This document shows, one piece after another, positions 54,401 through 64,000 of a stretch of 64,000 bases of DNA. A model generated the notes under the pieces. It searched no databases. It worked only from the letters and a program-made list of their open reading frames with translations, and had not been told where the DNA came from. A program made the position numbers and the translations under genes. Position 1 is the first letter of the stretch; each line of letters starts with the position of its first letter. Source of the DNA: Paraphysomonas bandaiensis (taxonomy: Eukaryota; Protista; Chrysophyceae); assembly GCA_965644295.1 (NCBI GenBank), contig CBFFRP010000136.1, positions 1 through 64,000 on the forward strand, written 5' to 3'.

Positions 54401-57400
54401 GTGGTGAACCCAGCGGTATTCCAAGTGGAGAACCATCAAGTATTCCAAGTGGTGAGCCAAGTGGTACACCAACGGGGGAACCTAGTAGTATTCCTAGTGG
54501 TGAACCAACGTCGATTCCCAGTGGTGAACCTTCAAGTGTTCCAAGTGGAGAGCCCACATCACTTCCGAGTGGGGAACCTAGTAGTATACCTAGCGGTGAG
54601 CCAAGTGCTGTTCCAAGTAGTGAACCTAGCAGTGTTCCTAGTGGTGAGCCAAGTAGTATTCCGACGGGTGAACCTAGCCGTATTCCTAGTGGTGAGCCAA
54701 GTGCTGTTCCCAGTGGTGAGCCAAGTGGTACACCAACGGGGGAACCTAGTAGTATTCCGAGTGGTGAACCAACGTCGATTCCCAGCGGGGAACCTTCAAG
54801 TGTTCCAAGTGGAGAGCCCACATCATTTCCGAGTGGGGAACCTAGTAGTATACCCAGTGGTGAGCCAACATCTCTTCCAAGTGGGGAACCGTCTAGTGTA
54901 CCTAGCGGTGAGCCAAGTGCTGTTCCAAGTGGTGAACCTAGCAGTGTTCCTAGTGGTGAGCCAAGTAGTGTTCCGACGGGCGAACCTAGCAGTGTACCAA
55001 GTGGAGAGCCTACATCTATTCCCAGTGGTGAACCTAGTAGTATTCCCAGCGGTGAGCCAACATCTCTTCCAAGTGGGGAACCTAGCAGTATTCCTAGCGG
55101 TGAGCCAAGCGCAGTTCCAAGTGGTGAACCCAGCGGTATTCCAAGTGGAGAACCATCAAGTATTCCAAGTGGAGAGCCGTCAGCTCTTCCGAGCGGTGAA
55201 CCTAGCAGTATTCCTAGTGGTGAGCCAACGTCGATTCCCAGCGGGGAACCTTCAAGTGTTCCAAGTGGAGAGCCCACATCACTTCCAAGTATTGAACCTA
55301 GTAGTATACCCAGTGGTGAGCCAACATCTCTTCCAAGTGGGGAACCGTCTAGTGTACCTAGCGGTGAGCCAAGTGCTGTTCCTAGTGGTGAACCTAGCAG
55401 TGTTCCTAGTGGTGAGCCAAGTAGTGTTCCGACGGGCGAACCCAGCAGTGTACCAAGTGGAGAGCCTACATCTATTCCCAGTGGTGAACCTAGTAGTATT
55501 CCTAGCGGTGAGCCAACATCTCTTCCAAGTGGGGAACCCAGCGGTATTCCAAGTGGAGAGCCGTCAGCCCTTCCGAGCGGTGAACCTAGCAGTATTCCTA
55601 GTGGTGAGCCAAGTGCTGTTCCAAGTGGTGAGCCAAGTGGTACACCAACGGGGAAACCAAGTAGTATTCCTAGTGGTGAACCAACGTCGATTCCCAGCGG
55701 GGAACCTTCAAGTGTTCCAAGTGGAGAGCCCACATCACTTCCAAGTATTGAACCTAGTAGTATACCCAGTGGCGAGCCAACATCACTTCCAAGTGGGGAA
55801 CCGTCTAGTGTACCTAGCGGTGAGCCAAGTGCTGTTCCTAGTGGTGAACCTAGCAGTATACCAAGTGGTGAGCCAAGTACTGTTCCGACAGGCGAACCTA
55901 GCAGTGTACCAAGTGGAGAGCCTACATCTATTCCCAGTGGGGAACCGTCTAGTGTACCTAGCGGTGAGCCAAGCGCAGTTCCAAGTGGTGAACCCAGCGG
56001 TATTCCAAGTGGAGAGCCGTCAGCTGTTCCGAGCGGTGAACCTAGCAGTATTCCTAGTGGTGAGCCAAGTGGTACACCAACGGGGAAACCAAGTAGTATA
56101 CCCAGTGGTGAGCCAACATCTCTTCCAAGTGGGGAACCGTCTAGTGTACCTAGCGGTGAGCCAAGTGCTGTACCAAGTGGTGAACCTAGCAGTGTTCCTA
56201 GTGGTGAGCCAAGTGCTGTTCCAAGTGGTGAACCTAGCAGTGTACCAAGTGGTGAGCCAAGTACTGTTCCGACAGGCGAGCCTAGTAGTATTCCTAGCGG
56301 TGAGCCAAGCGCAGTTCCAAGTGGTGAACCCAGCGGTATTCCAAGTGGAGAACCATCAAGTATTCCAAGTGGAGAGCCGTCAGCTCTTCCGAGCGGTGAA
56401 CCTAGCAGTATTCCTAGTGGTGAGCCAAGTGCTGTACCAAGTGGTGAACCTAGCAGTGTTCCTAGTGGTGAGCCAAGTGCTGTTCCAAGTGGTGAACCTA
56501 GCAGTGTACCAAGTGGTGACCCAAGTACTGTTCCGACAGGCGAGCCTAGTAGTATACCCAGCGGAGAGCCTACATCTATTCCAAGCGGTGAGCCAAGCGC
56601 AGTTCCAAGTGGTGAACCCAGCGGTATTCCAAGTGGAGAGCCGTCAGCTTCTCCGAGCGGTAAACCTAGCAGTATTCCTAGTGGTGAGCCAAGTGCTGTT
56701 CCAAGTGGTGAGCCAAGTGGTATACCAACGGGGGAACCAAGTAGTATTCCTAGTGGTGAACCAACGTCGATTCCCAGCGGGGAACCTTCAAGTGTACCAA
56801 GTGGAGAGCCCACATCACTTCCGAGTGGGGAACCTAGTAGTATACCCAGTGGTGAGCCAACATCTCTTCCAAGTGGGGAACCGTCTAGTGTACCTAGCGG
56901 TGAGCCAAGTGCTGTTCCAAGTGGTGAACCTAGCAGAGTTCCTAGTGGTGAGCCAAGTAGTGTTCCGACGGGCGAACCTAGCAGTGTACCAAGTGGAGAG
57001 CCTACATCTATTCCCAGTGGTGAACCTAGTAGTATTCCCAGCGGTGAGCCAAGCGCAGTTCCAAGTGGGGAACCCAGCGGTATTCCAAGTGGAGAACCAT
57101 CAAGTATTCCGAGCGGTGAACCTAGCAGTATTCCTAGTCGTGAGCCAAGTGCTGTTCCAAGTGGTGAGCCAAGTGGTACACCAACGGGGGAACCAAGTAG
57201 TATTCCTAGTGGTGAACCAACGTCGATTCCCAGCGGGGAACCTTCAAGTGTTCCAAGTGGAGAGCCCACATCACTTCCGAGTGGGGAACCTAGTAGTATA
57301 CCCAGTGGCGAGCCAACATCTCTTCCAAGTGGGGAACCGTCTAGTGTACCTAGCGGTGAGCCAAGTGCTGTTCCAAGTGGGGAACCTAGCAGTGTTCCTA

Positions 57401-60400
57401 GTGGTGAGCCAAGTAGTGTTCCGACGGGCGAACCTAGCAGTGTACCAAGTGGAGAGCCTACATCTATTCCAAGTGGTGAACCTAGTAGTATTCCCAGCGG
57501 TGAGCCAACATCTCTTCCAAGTGGGGAACCTAGCAGTATTCCTAGCGGTGAGCCAAGCGCAGTTCCAAGTGGTGAACCCAGCGGTATTCCAAGTGGAGAA
57601 CCATCAAGTATTCCGAGCGGTGAACCTAGCAGTATTCCTAGTGGTGAACCTAGCAGTATTCCTAGTGGTGAGCCAAGTAGTATACCAACGGGGGAACCAA
57701 GTAGTATTCCTAGTGGTGAACCAACGTCGATTCCCAGCGGGGAACCTTCAAGTGTTCCAAGTGGAGAGCCCACATCACTTCCGAGTGGGGAACCTAGTAG
57801 TATACCCAGTGGTGAGCCAACATCTCTTCCAAGTGGGGAACCGTCTAGTGTACCTAGCGGTGAGCCAAGTGCTGTTCCAAGTGGTGAACCTAGCAGTGTT
57901 CCTAGTGGTGAGCCAAGTAGTGTTCCGACGGGCGAACCTAGCAGTGTACCAAGTGGAGAGCCTACATCTATTCCCAGTGGTGAACCTAGTAGTATTCCAA
58001 GCGGTGAGCCAAGCGCAGTTCCAAGTGGAGAACCATCAAGTATTCCAAGTGGAGAGCCGTCAGCTCTTCCGAGCGGTGAACCTAGCAGTATTCCTAGTGG
58101 TGAGCCAAGTGCTGTTCCAAGTGGTGAGCCAAGTGGTATACCAACGGGGGAACCAAGTGGTATTCCTAGTGGTGAACCAACGTCGATTCCCAGCGGGGAA
58201 CCTTCAAGTGTTCCAAGTGGAGAGCCCACATCACTTCCGAGTGGGGAACCTAGTAGTATACCCAGTGGCGAGCCAACATCTCTTCCAAGTGGGGAACCGT
58301 CTAGTGTACCTAGCGCTGAGCCAAGTGCTGTTCCAAGTGGGGAACCTAGCAGTGTTCCTAGTGGTGAGCCAAGTAGTGTTCCGACGGGCGTACCTAGCAG
58401 TGTACCAAGTGGAGAGCCTACATCTATTCCCAGTGGTGAACCTAGTAGTATTCCCAGTGGTGAGCCAACATCTCTTCCAAGTGGGGAACCGTATAGTGTA
58501 CCTAGCGGTGAGCCCAGCGGTATTCCAAGTGGTGAGCCGTCAGCTTCTCCGAGCGGTGAGCCTAGCAGTATTCCTAGTGGTGAGCCAAGTGCTGTTCCAA
58601 GTGGTGAGCCAAGTGGTATACCAACGGGGGAACCAAGTAGTATACCTAGTGGTGAACCAACGTCGATTCCCAGCGGGGAACCTTCAGGTGTTCCAAGTGG
58701 AGAGCCCACATCACTTCCGAGTGGGGAACCTAGTAGTATACCCAGTGGCGAGCCAACATCTCTTCCAAGTGGGGAACCGTCTAGTGTACCTAGCGGTGAG
58801 CCAAGTGCTGTTCCAAGTGGTGAACCTAGCAGTGTTCCTAGTGGTGAGCCAAGTAGTGTTCCGACGGGCGAACCTAGCAGTGTACCAAGTGGAGAGCCTA
58901 CATCTATTCCCAGTGGTGAACCTAGTAGTATTCCCAGCGGTGAGCCAACATCTCTTCCAAGTGGGGAACCGTCTAGTGTACCTAGCGGTGAGCCAAGCGC
59001 AGTTCCAAGTGGTGAACCCAGCGGTATTCCAAGTGGAGAGCCGTCAGCTTCTCCGAGCGGTAAACCTAGCAGTATTCCTAGTGGTGAGCCAAGTGCTGTT
59101 CCAAGTGGTGAGCCAAGTGGTACACCAACGGGGGAACCTAGTAGTATTCCTAGTGGTGAACCAACGTCGATTCCCAGCGGGGAACCTTCAAGTGTTCCAA
59201 GTGGAGAGCCCACATCACTTCCGAGTGGGGAACCTAGTAGTATACCCAGTGGTGAGCCAACATCTCTTCCAAGTGGGGAACCGTCTAGTGTACCTAGCGG
59301 TGAGCCAAGTGCTGTTCCAAGTGGTGAACCTAGCAGTGTTCCTAGTGGTGAGCCAAGTAGTGTTCCGACGGGCGAACCTAGCAGTGTACCAAGTGGAGAG
59401 CCTACATCTATTCCCAGTGGTGAACCTAGTAGTATTCCCAGCGGTGAGCCAACATCTCTTCCAAGTGGGGAACCTAGCAGTATTCCTAGCGGTGAGCCAA
59501 GCGCAGTTCCAAGTGGTGAACCCAGCGGTATTCCAAGTGGAGAACCATCAAGTATTCCGAGCGGTGAACCTAGCAGTATTCCTAGTGGTGAACCTAGCAG
59601 TATTCCTAGTGGTGAGCCAAGTGCTGTTCCAAGTGGTGAGCCAAGTGGTATACCAACGGGGGAACCAAGTAGTATTCCTAGTGGTGAACCAACGTCGATT
59701 CCCAGCGGGGAACCTTCAAGTGTTCCAAGTGGAGAGCCCACATCACTTCCGAGTGGGGAACCTAGTAGTATACCCAGTGGTGAGCCAACATCTCTTCCAA
59801 GTGGGGAACCGTCTAGTGTACCTAGCGGTGAGCCAAGTGCTGTTCCAAGTGGTGAACCTAGCAGAGTTCCTAGTGGTGAGCCAAGTAGTGTTCCGACGGG
59901 CGAACCTAGCAGTGTACCAAGTGGAGAGCCTACATCTATTCCCAGTGGTGAACCTAGTAGTATTCCCAGCGGTGAGCCAACATCTCTTCCAAGTGGGGAA
60001 CCTAGCAGTATTCCTAGCGGTGAGCCAAGCGCAGTTCCAAGTGGTGAACCCAGCGGTATTCCAAGTGGAGAACCATCAAGTATTCCAAGTGGAGAGCCGT
60101 CAGCTCTTCCGAGCGGTGAACCTAGCAGTATTCCTAGTGGAGAGCCAAGTGCTGTTCCAAGTGGTGAGCCAAGTGGTATACCAACGGGGGAACCAAGTAG
60201 TATTCCTAGTGGTGAACCAACGTCGATTCCCAGCGGGGAACCTTCAAGTGTTCCAAGTGGAGAGCCCACATCACTTCCGAGTGGGGAACCTAGTAGTATA
60301 CCCAGTGGTGAGCCAACATCTCTTCCAAGTGGGGAACCGTCTAATGTACCTAGCGGTGAGCCAAGTGCTGTTCCAAGTGGTGAACCTAGCAGTGCACCAA

Positions 60401-63400
60401 GTGGAGAGCCTACATCTATTCCCAGTGGTGAACCTAGTAGTATTCCCAGCGGTGAGCCAACATCTCTTCCAAGTGGTGAACCTAGCAGTGTTCCTAGCGG
60501 TGAGCCAAGCGCAGTTCCAAGTGGTGAACCCAGCGGTATTCCAAGTGGAGAACCATCAAGTATTCCAAGTGGAGAGCCGTCAGCTCTTCCGAGCGGTGAA
60601 CCTAGCAGTATTCCTAGTGGTGAGCCAAGTGCTGTTCCAAGTGGTGAGCCAAGTGGTATACCAACGGGGGAACCAAGTAGTATTCCTAGTGGTGAACCAA
60701 CGTCGATTCCCAGCGGGGAACCTTCAAGTGTTCCAAGTGGAGAGCCCACATCACTTCCGAGTGGGGAACCTAGTAGTATACCCAGTGGTGAGCCAACATC
60801 TCTTCCAAGTGGGGAACCGTCTAGTGTACCTAGCGGTGAGCCAAGTGCTGTTCCAAGTGGTGAACCTAGCAGAGTTCCTAGTGGTGAGCCAAGTAGTGTT
60901 CCGACGGGCGAACCTAGCAGTGTACCAAGTGGAGAGCCTACATCTATTCCCAGTGGTGAACCTAGTAGTATTCCTAGCGGTGAGCCAACATCTCTTCCAA
61001 GTGGGGAACCGTCTAGTGTACCTAGCGGTGAGCCAAGCGCAGTTCCAAGTGGTGAACCCAGCGGTATTCCAAGTGGAGAGCCGTCAGCTTCTCCGAGCGG
61101 TAAACCTAGCAGTGTACCAAGTGGTGAGCCAAGTGGTATACCAACGGGAGAACCTAGTAGTATTCCGAGTGGTGAACCAACGTCGATTCCCAGCGGGGAA
61201 CCTTCAAGTGTTCCAAGTGGAGAGCCCACATCACTTCCGAGTGGGGAACCTAGTAGTATACCCAGTGGTGAGCCAACATCTCTTCCAAGTGGGGAACCGT
61301 CTAGTGTACCTAGCGGTGAGCCAAGTGCTATTCCAAGTGGTGAACCTAGCAGTGTTCCTAGTGGTGAGCCAAGTAGTGTTCCGACGGGCGAACCTAGCAG
61401 TGTACCAAGTGGAGAGCCTACATCTATTCCCAGTGGTGAACCTAGTAGTATTCCCAGCGGTGAGCCAACATCTCTTCCAAGTGGGGAACCTAGCAGTATT
61501 CCTAGCGGTGAGCCAAGCGCAGTTCCAAGTGGTGAACCCAGCGGTATTCCAAGTGGAGAACCATCAAGTATTCCAAGTGGAGAGCCGTCAGCTCTTCCGA
61601 GCGGTGAACCTAGCAGTATTCCTAGTGGAGAGCCAAGTGCTGTTCCAAGTGGTGAGCCAAGTGGTACACCAACGGGGGAACCAAGTAGTATTCCTAGTGG
61701 TGAACCAACGTCGATTCCCAGCGGGGAACCTTCAAGTGTTCCAAGTGGAGAGCCCACATCACTTCCGAGTGGGGAACCTAGTAGTATACCCAGTGGTGAG
61801 CCAACATCTCTTCCAAGTGGGGAACCGTCTAGTGTACCTAGCGGTGAGCCAAGCGCAGTCCCAAGTGGTGAACCCAGCGGTATTCCAAGTGGAGAGCCGT
61901 CAGCTCTTCCGAGCGGTGAACCTAGCAGTATTCCTAGTGGTGAGCCAAGTGCTGTTCCAAGTGGTGAGCCAAGTGGTACACCAACGGGGGAACCAAGTAG
62001 TATTCCTAGTGGTGAACCAACGTCGATTCCCAGCGGGGAACCTTCAAGTGTTCCAAGTGGAGAGCCCACATCATTTCCGAGTGGGGAACCTAGTAGTATA
62101 CCCAGTGGTGAGCCAACATCTCTTCCAAGTGGGGAACCGTCTAGTGTACCTAGCGGTGAGCCAAGTGCTGTTCCAAGTGGTGAACCTAGCAGTGTTCCTA
62201 GTGGTGAGCCAAGTAGTGTTCCGACGGGCGAACCTAGCAGTGTACCAAGTGGAGAGCCTACATCTATTCCCAGTGGTGAACCTAGTAGTATTCCCAGCGG
62301 TGAGCCAACATCTCTTCCAAGTGGGGAACCTAGCAGTATTCCTAGCGGTGAGCCAAGCGCAGTTCCAAGTGGTGAACCCAGCGGTATTCCAAGTGGAGAA
62401 CCATCAAGTATTCCAAGTGGAGAGCCGTCAGCTCTTCCGAGCGGTGAACCTAGCAGTATTCCTAGTGGAGAGCCAAGTGCTGTTCCAAGTGGTGAGCCAA
62501 GTGGTACACCAACGGGGGAACCAAGTAGTATTCCTAGTGGTGAACCAACGTCGATTCCCAGCGGGGAACCTTCAAGTGTTCCAAGTGGAGAGCCCACATC
62601 ACTTCCGAGTGGGGAACCTAGTAGTATACCCAGTGGTGAGCCAACATCTCTTCCAAGTGGGGAACCGTCTAGTGTACCTAGCGGTGAGCCAAGTGCTGTT
62701 CCAAGTGGTGAACCTAGCAGTGTTCCTAGTGGTGAGCCGAGTAGTGTACCTAGCGGTGAGCCAAGTGCTGTTCCAAGTGGAGAGCCTACATCTCTTCCAA
62801 GTGGTGAACCTAGTAGTATTCCCAGCGGTGAGCCAACATCTCTTCCAAGTGGAGAACCTAGCAGTATTCCTAGCGGTGAGCCAAGCGCAGTTCCAAGTGG
62901 TGAACCCAGCGGTATTCCAAGTGGAGAACCATCAAGTATTCCAAGTGGAGAGCCGTCAGCTCTTCCGAGCGGTGAACCTAGCAGTATTCCTAGTGGTGAG
63001 CCAAGTGCTGTTCCAAGTGGTGAGCCAAGTGGTACACCAACGGGGGAACCAAGTAGTATTCCTAGTGGTGAACCAACGTCGATTCCCAGCGGGGAACCTT
63101 CAAGTGTTCCAAGTGGAGAGCCCACATCACTTCCGAGTGGGGAACCTAGTAGTATACCCAGTGGCGAGCCAACATCTCTTCCAAGTGGGGAACCGTCTAG
63201 TGTACCTAGCGGTGAGCCAAGTGCTGTTCCAAGTGGTGAACCTAGCAGTGTTCCTAGTGGTGAGCCAAGTAGTGTACCTAGCGGTGAGCCAAGTGCTGTT
63301 CCAAGTGGAGAGCCTACATCTATTCCCAGTGGTGAACCTAGTAGTATTCCCAGCGGTGAGCCAACATCTCTTCCAAGTGGGGAACCTAGCAGTATTCCTA

Positions 63401-64000
63401 GCGGTGAGCCAAGCGCAGTTCCAAGTGGTGAACCCAGCGGTATTCCAAGTGGAGTACCATCAAGTATTCCAAGTGGAGAGCCGTCAGCTCTTCCTAGTGG
63501 TGAGCCAAGTGCTGTTCCAAGTGGTGAGCCAAGTGGTACACCAACGGGGGAACCAAGTAGTATTCCTAGTGGTGAACCAACGTCGATTCCCAGCGGGGAA
63601 CCTTCAAGTGTTCCAAGTGGAGAGCCCACATCACTTCCGAGTGGGGAACCTAGTAGTATACCCAGTGGCGAGCCAACATCTCTTCCAAGTGGGGAACCGT
63701 CTAGTGTACCTAGCGGTGAGCCAAGTGCTGTTCCAAGTGGTGAACCTAGCAGTGTTCCTAGTGGTGAGCCGAGTAGTGTACCTAGCGGTGAGCCAAGTGC
63801 TGTTCCAAGTGGAGAGCCTACATCTATTCCCAGTGGTGAACCTAGTAGTATTCCCAGCGGTGAGCCAACATCTCTTCCAAGTGGGGAACCTAGCAGTATT
63901 CCTAGCGGTGAGCCAAGCGCAGTTCCAAGTGGTGAACCCAGCGGTATTCCAAGTGGAGTACCATCAAGTATTCCAAGTGGAGAGCCGTCAGCTCTTCCGA
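51478..64000 (+). CDS. Giant secreted/surface Pro-Ser-rich (mucin-like) repeat protein, >4100 aa, runs off window
   Basis: ATG 51478 with signal peptide [20 protein letters not shown], then [16 protein letters not shown]-type repeats. No in-frame stop seen to 64000. Proline every 4th codon with wobble variation supports this frame. Confidence 0.92.
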   Translation, partial: MKLLAYLFLCVFISVQITIVDTTNHPTSLPSCNPSGVPSRMPSGVPTGEPSGVPTHIPSISPSGEPSSIPSGEPTSVPSGEPSSIPSDEPTSLPSGEPSSVPSGEPSGQPSGEPSSIPSGEPSGMPSGDPTSVPSGEPSGVPSGEPTSVPSRVPSCIPSSEPSALPSVDPSSIPSGEPSGIPTGEPSSIPSGDPTSKPSGEPSSIPSGEPTSLPSGEPTSLPSGEPSNVPSGEPSAVPSGEPSSVPSGEPSGIPTGEPSSIPSGEPTSIPSREPSSMPSGEPTSLPSGVPSSVPSGGPSAVPSGEPSGIPSGVPSSIPSGEPSALPSGEPSSIPSGEPSAVPSGEPSGIPTGEPSSIPSGEPTSIPSGEPSSVPSGEPTSLPSGEPSSIPSGEPTSLPSGEPSSVPSGEPSAVPSGEPSSVPSGEPSSVPTGEPSSVPSGEPTSIPSGEPSSIPSGEPSEVPSGEPSSIPSGEPSAVPSGEPSSIPSGEPSAVPSGEPSSIPSGEPTPVPSGEPTSNPSVVPSNIPSGEPSSIPSGEPSSIPSGEPTSLPSGEPSSVPSGEPSAVPSGEPSSVPSGEPSSVPTGEPSSVPSGEPTSIPSGEPSSIPSGEPSAVPSGEPSSIPSGVPSSIPSGEPTPVPSGEPTSYPSGVPSSIPSGEPTSIPSGEPSSVPSGEPTSLPSGEPSSVPSGEPSAVPSGEPSSVPSGEPSSVPTGEPSSVPSGEPTSIPSGEPSSIPSGEPTSLPSGEPSSVPSGEPSAVPSGEPSGIPSGEPSALPSREPSSIPSGEPSGIPTREPSSIPSGEPTSIPSGEPSSFPSGEPSAVPSGEPSGIPSGEPSALPSGEPSSIPSGEPSAVPSGEPSGIPTGEPSSVPSGEPTSLPSGEPSSIPSGEPTSLPSGEPSSVPSGEPSAVPSGEPSSVPSGEPSSVPTGEPSSVPSGEPTSIPSGEPSSIPSGEPTSLPSGEPSSIPSGEPSAVPSGEPSGIPSGEPSSIPSGEPSGTPTGEPSSIPSGEPTSIPSGEPSSVPSGEPTSLPSGEPSSIPSGEPSAVPSSEPSSVPSGEPSSIPTGEPSRIPSGEPSAVPSGEPSGTPTGEPSSIPSGEPTSIPSGEPSSVPSGEPTSFPSGEPSSIPSGEPTSLPSGEPSSVPSGEPSAVPSGEPSSVPSGEPSSVPTGEPSSVPSGEPTSIPSGEPSSIPSGEPTSLPSGEPSSIPSGEPSAVPSGEPSGIPSGEPSSIPSGEPSALPSGEPSSIPSGEPTSIPSGEPSSVPSGEPTSLPSIEPSSIPSGEPTSLPSGEPSSVPSGEPSAVPSGEPSSVPSGEPSSVPTGEPSSVPSGEPTSIPSGEPSSIPSGEPTSLPSGEPSGIPSGEPSALPSGEPSSIPSGEPSAVPSGEPSGTPTGKPSSIPSGEPTSIPSGEPSSVPSGEPTSLPSIEPSSIPSGEPTSLPSGEPSSVPSGEPSAVPSGEPSSIPSGEPSTVPTGEPSSVPSGEPTSIPSGEPSSVPSGEPSAVPSGEPSGIPSGEPSAVPSGEPSSIPSGEPSGTPTGKPSSIPSGEPTSLPSGEPSSVPSGEPSAVPSGEPSSVPSGEPSAVPSGEPSSVPSGEPSTVPTGEPSSIPSGEPSAVPSGEPSGIPSGEPSSIPSGEPSALPSGEPSSIPSGEPSAVPSGEPSSVPSGEPSAVPSGEPSSVPSGDPSTVPTGEPSSIPSGEPTSIPSGEPSAVPSGEPSGIPSGEPSASPSGKPSSIPSGEPSAVPSGEPSGIPTGEPSSIPSGEPTSIPSGEPSSVPSGEPTSLPSGEPSSIPSGEPTSLPSGEPSSVPSGEPSAVPSGEPSRVPSGEPSSVPTGEPSSVPSGEPTSIPSGEPSSIPSGEPSAVPSGEPSGIPSGEPSSIPSGEPSSIPSREPSAVPSGEPSGTPTGEPSSIPSGEPTSIPSGEPSSVPSGEPTSLPSGEPSSIPSGEPTSLPSGEPSSVPSGEPSAVPSGEPSSVPSGEPSSVPTGEPSSVPSGEPTSIPSGEPSSIPSGEPTSLPSGEPSSIPSGEPSAVPSGEPSGIPSGEPSSIPSGEPSSIPSGEPSSIPSGEPSSIPTGEPSSIPSGEPTSIPSGEPSSVPSGEPTSLPSGEPSSIPSGEPTSLPSGEPSSVPSGEPSAVPSGEPSSVPSGEPSSVPTGEPSSVPSGEPTSIPSGEPSSIPSGEPSAVPSGEPSSIPSGEPSALPSGEPSSIPSGEPSAVPSGEPSGIPTGEPSGIPSGEPTSIPSGEPSSVPSGEPTSLPSGEPSSIPSGEPTSLPSGEPSSVPSAEPSAVPSGEPSSVPSGEPSSVPTGVPSSVPSGEPTSIPSGEPSSIPSGEPTSLPSGEPYSVPSGEPSGIPSGEPSASPSGEPSSIPSGEPSAVPSGEPSGIPTGEPSSIPSGEPTSIPSGEPSGVPSGEPTSLPSGEPSSIPSGEPTSLPSGEPSSVPSGEPSAVPSGEPSSVPSGEPSSVPTGEPSSVPSGEPTSIPSGEPSSIPSGEPTSLPSGEPSSVPSGEPSAVPSGEPSGIPSGEPSASPSGKPSSIPSGEPSAVPSGEPSGTPTGEPSSIPSGEPTSIPSGEPSSVPSGEPTSLPSGEPSSIPSGEPTSLPSGEPSSVPSGEPSAVPSGEPSSVPSGEPSSVPTGEPSSVPSGEPTSIPSGEPSSIPSGEPTSLPSGEPSSIPSGEPSAVPSGEPSGIPSGEPSSIPSGEPSSIPSGEPSSIPSGEPSAVPSGEPSGIPTGEPSSIPSGEPTSIPSGEPSSVPSGEPTSLPSGEPSSIPSGEPTSLPSGEPSSVPSGEPSAVPSGEPSRVPSGEPSSVPTGEPSSVPSGEPTSIPSGEPSSIPSGEPTSLPSGEPSSIPSGEPSAVPSGEPSGIPSGEPSSIPSGEPSALPSGEPSSIPSGEPSAVPSGEPSGIPTGEPSSIPSGEPTSIPSGEPSSVPSGEPTSLPSGEPSSIPSGEPTSLPSGEPSNVPSGEPSAVPSGEPSSAPSGEPTSIPSGEPSSIPSGEPTSLPSGEPSSVPSGEPSAVPSGEPSGIPSGEPSSIPSGEPSALPSGEPSSIPSGEPSAVPSGEPSGIPTGEPSSIPSGEPTSIPSGEPSSVPSGEPTSLPSGEPSSIPSGEPTSLPSGEPSSVPSGEPSAVPSGEPSRVPSGEPSSVPTGEPSSVPSGEPTSIPSGEPSSIPSGEPTSLPSGEPSSVPSGEPSAVPSGEPSGIPSGEPSASPSGKPSSVPSGEPSGIPTGEPSSIPSGEPTSIPSGEPSSVPSGEPTSLPSGEPSSIPSGEPTSLPSGEPSSVPSGEPSAIPSGEPSSVPSGEPSSVPTGEPSSVPSGEPTSIPSGEPSSIPSGEPTSLPSGEPSSIPSGEPSAVPSGEPSGIPSGEPSSIPSGEPSALPSGEPSSIPSGEPSAVPSGEPSGTPTGEPSSIPSGEPTSIPSGEPSSVPSGEPTSLPSGEPSSIPSGEPTSLPSGEPSSVPSGEPSAVPSGEPSGIPSGEPSALPSGEPSSIPSGEPSAVPSGEPSGTPTGEPSSIPSGEPTSIPSGEPSSVPSGEPTSFPSGEPSSIPSGEPTSLPSGEPSSVPSGEPSAVPSGEPSSVPSGEPSSVPTGEPSSVPSGEPTSIPSGEPSSIPSGEPTSLPSGEPSSIPSGEPSAVPSGEPSGIPSGEPSSIPSGEPSALPSGEPSSIPSGEPSAVPSGEPSGTPTGEPSSIPSGEPTSIPSGEPSSVPSGEPTSLPSGEPSSIPSGEPTSLPSGEPSSVPSGEPSAVPSGEPSSVPSGEPSSVPSGEPSAVPSGEPTSLPSGEPSSIPSGEPTSLPSGEPSSIPSGEPSAVPSGEPSGIPSGEPSSIPSGEPSALPSGEPSSIPSGEPSAVPSGEPSGTPTGEPSSIPSGEPTSIPSGEPSSVPSGEPTSLPSGEPSSIPSGEPTSLPSGEPSSVPSGEPSAVPSGEPSSVPSGEPSSVPSGEPSAVPSGEPTSIPSGEPSSIPSGEPTSLPSGEPSSIPSGEPSAVPSGEPSGIPSGVPSSIPSGEPSALPSGEPSAVPSGEPSGTPTGEPSSIPSGEPTSIPSGEPSSVPSGEPTSLPSGEPSSIPSGEPTSLPSGEPSSVPSGEPSAVPSGEPSSVPSGEPSSVPSGEPSAVPSGEPTSIPSGEPSSIPSGEPTSLPSGEPSSIPSGEPSAVPSGEPSGIPSGVPSSIPSGEPSALP
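51550..64000 (+). repeat. Coding minisatellite (12/24-bp unit) with ~480-528-bp higher-order repeat
   Basis: The marker CCAACGGG(G/A)GAACC recurs at 60181, 60661, 61141, 61669, 61981, 62509, 63037, 63541. Confidence 0.95.

Noticed and set aside
51549-63629. Minus-strand ORFs of 3406 and 438 aa (GSPLG repeats)
   Set aside because: Antisense shadow of the repeat. The + frame has an ATG, a signal peptide and no stops, while the - frame is broken (e.g. 53409) and lacks a credible start.
51550-64000. CRISPR-like or telomeric array
   Set aside because: No unique spacers. Variation follows codon wobble, so it is a coding repeat in a eukaryote.

Overview
Eukaryotic nuclear DNA with short (~45-60 bp) GT-AG introns. 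Gene content and PSxxP-repeat proteins suggest a stramenopile, possibly chrysophyte-like (inference). 1-13.4 kb is a nest of mobile DNA. It holds an intact Ty1/Copia retrotransposon with apparently identical, non-canonical TA...TA LTRs inserted into another ORF, a spliced putative DNA-binding-protein gene, and a 4.2-kb PIF/Harbinger-derived element that is one near-perfect palindrome flanked by a TTA target duplication. 13.6-50.6 kb is gene-dense: a membrane protein, SMC3, NDUFV1 head-to-head with riboflavin kinase across a (TACA)n tract, an IQ/WW protein, Nup93, Nup50, a START-like protein, a TPR-DnaJ protein and DPM1. TE and pseudogene debris is interspersed and repeatedly folded into inverted repeats. 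A solitary 5S rRNA gene lies at 50.9 kb. From 51478 to the window end a signal-peptide protein of >4100 aa built from PSGEPSSI-type repeats is encoded on the + strand; the ORF track shows only its antisense shadow. The most unusual signals are the giant foldback Harbinger, the recurring hairpins in TE/pseudogene remnants (one with an arm that appears to come from a paralog), and the FMN-supplier/FMN-client divergent gene pair. All calls were made by eye; no searches were run.
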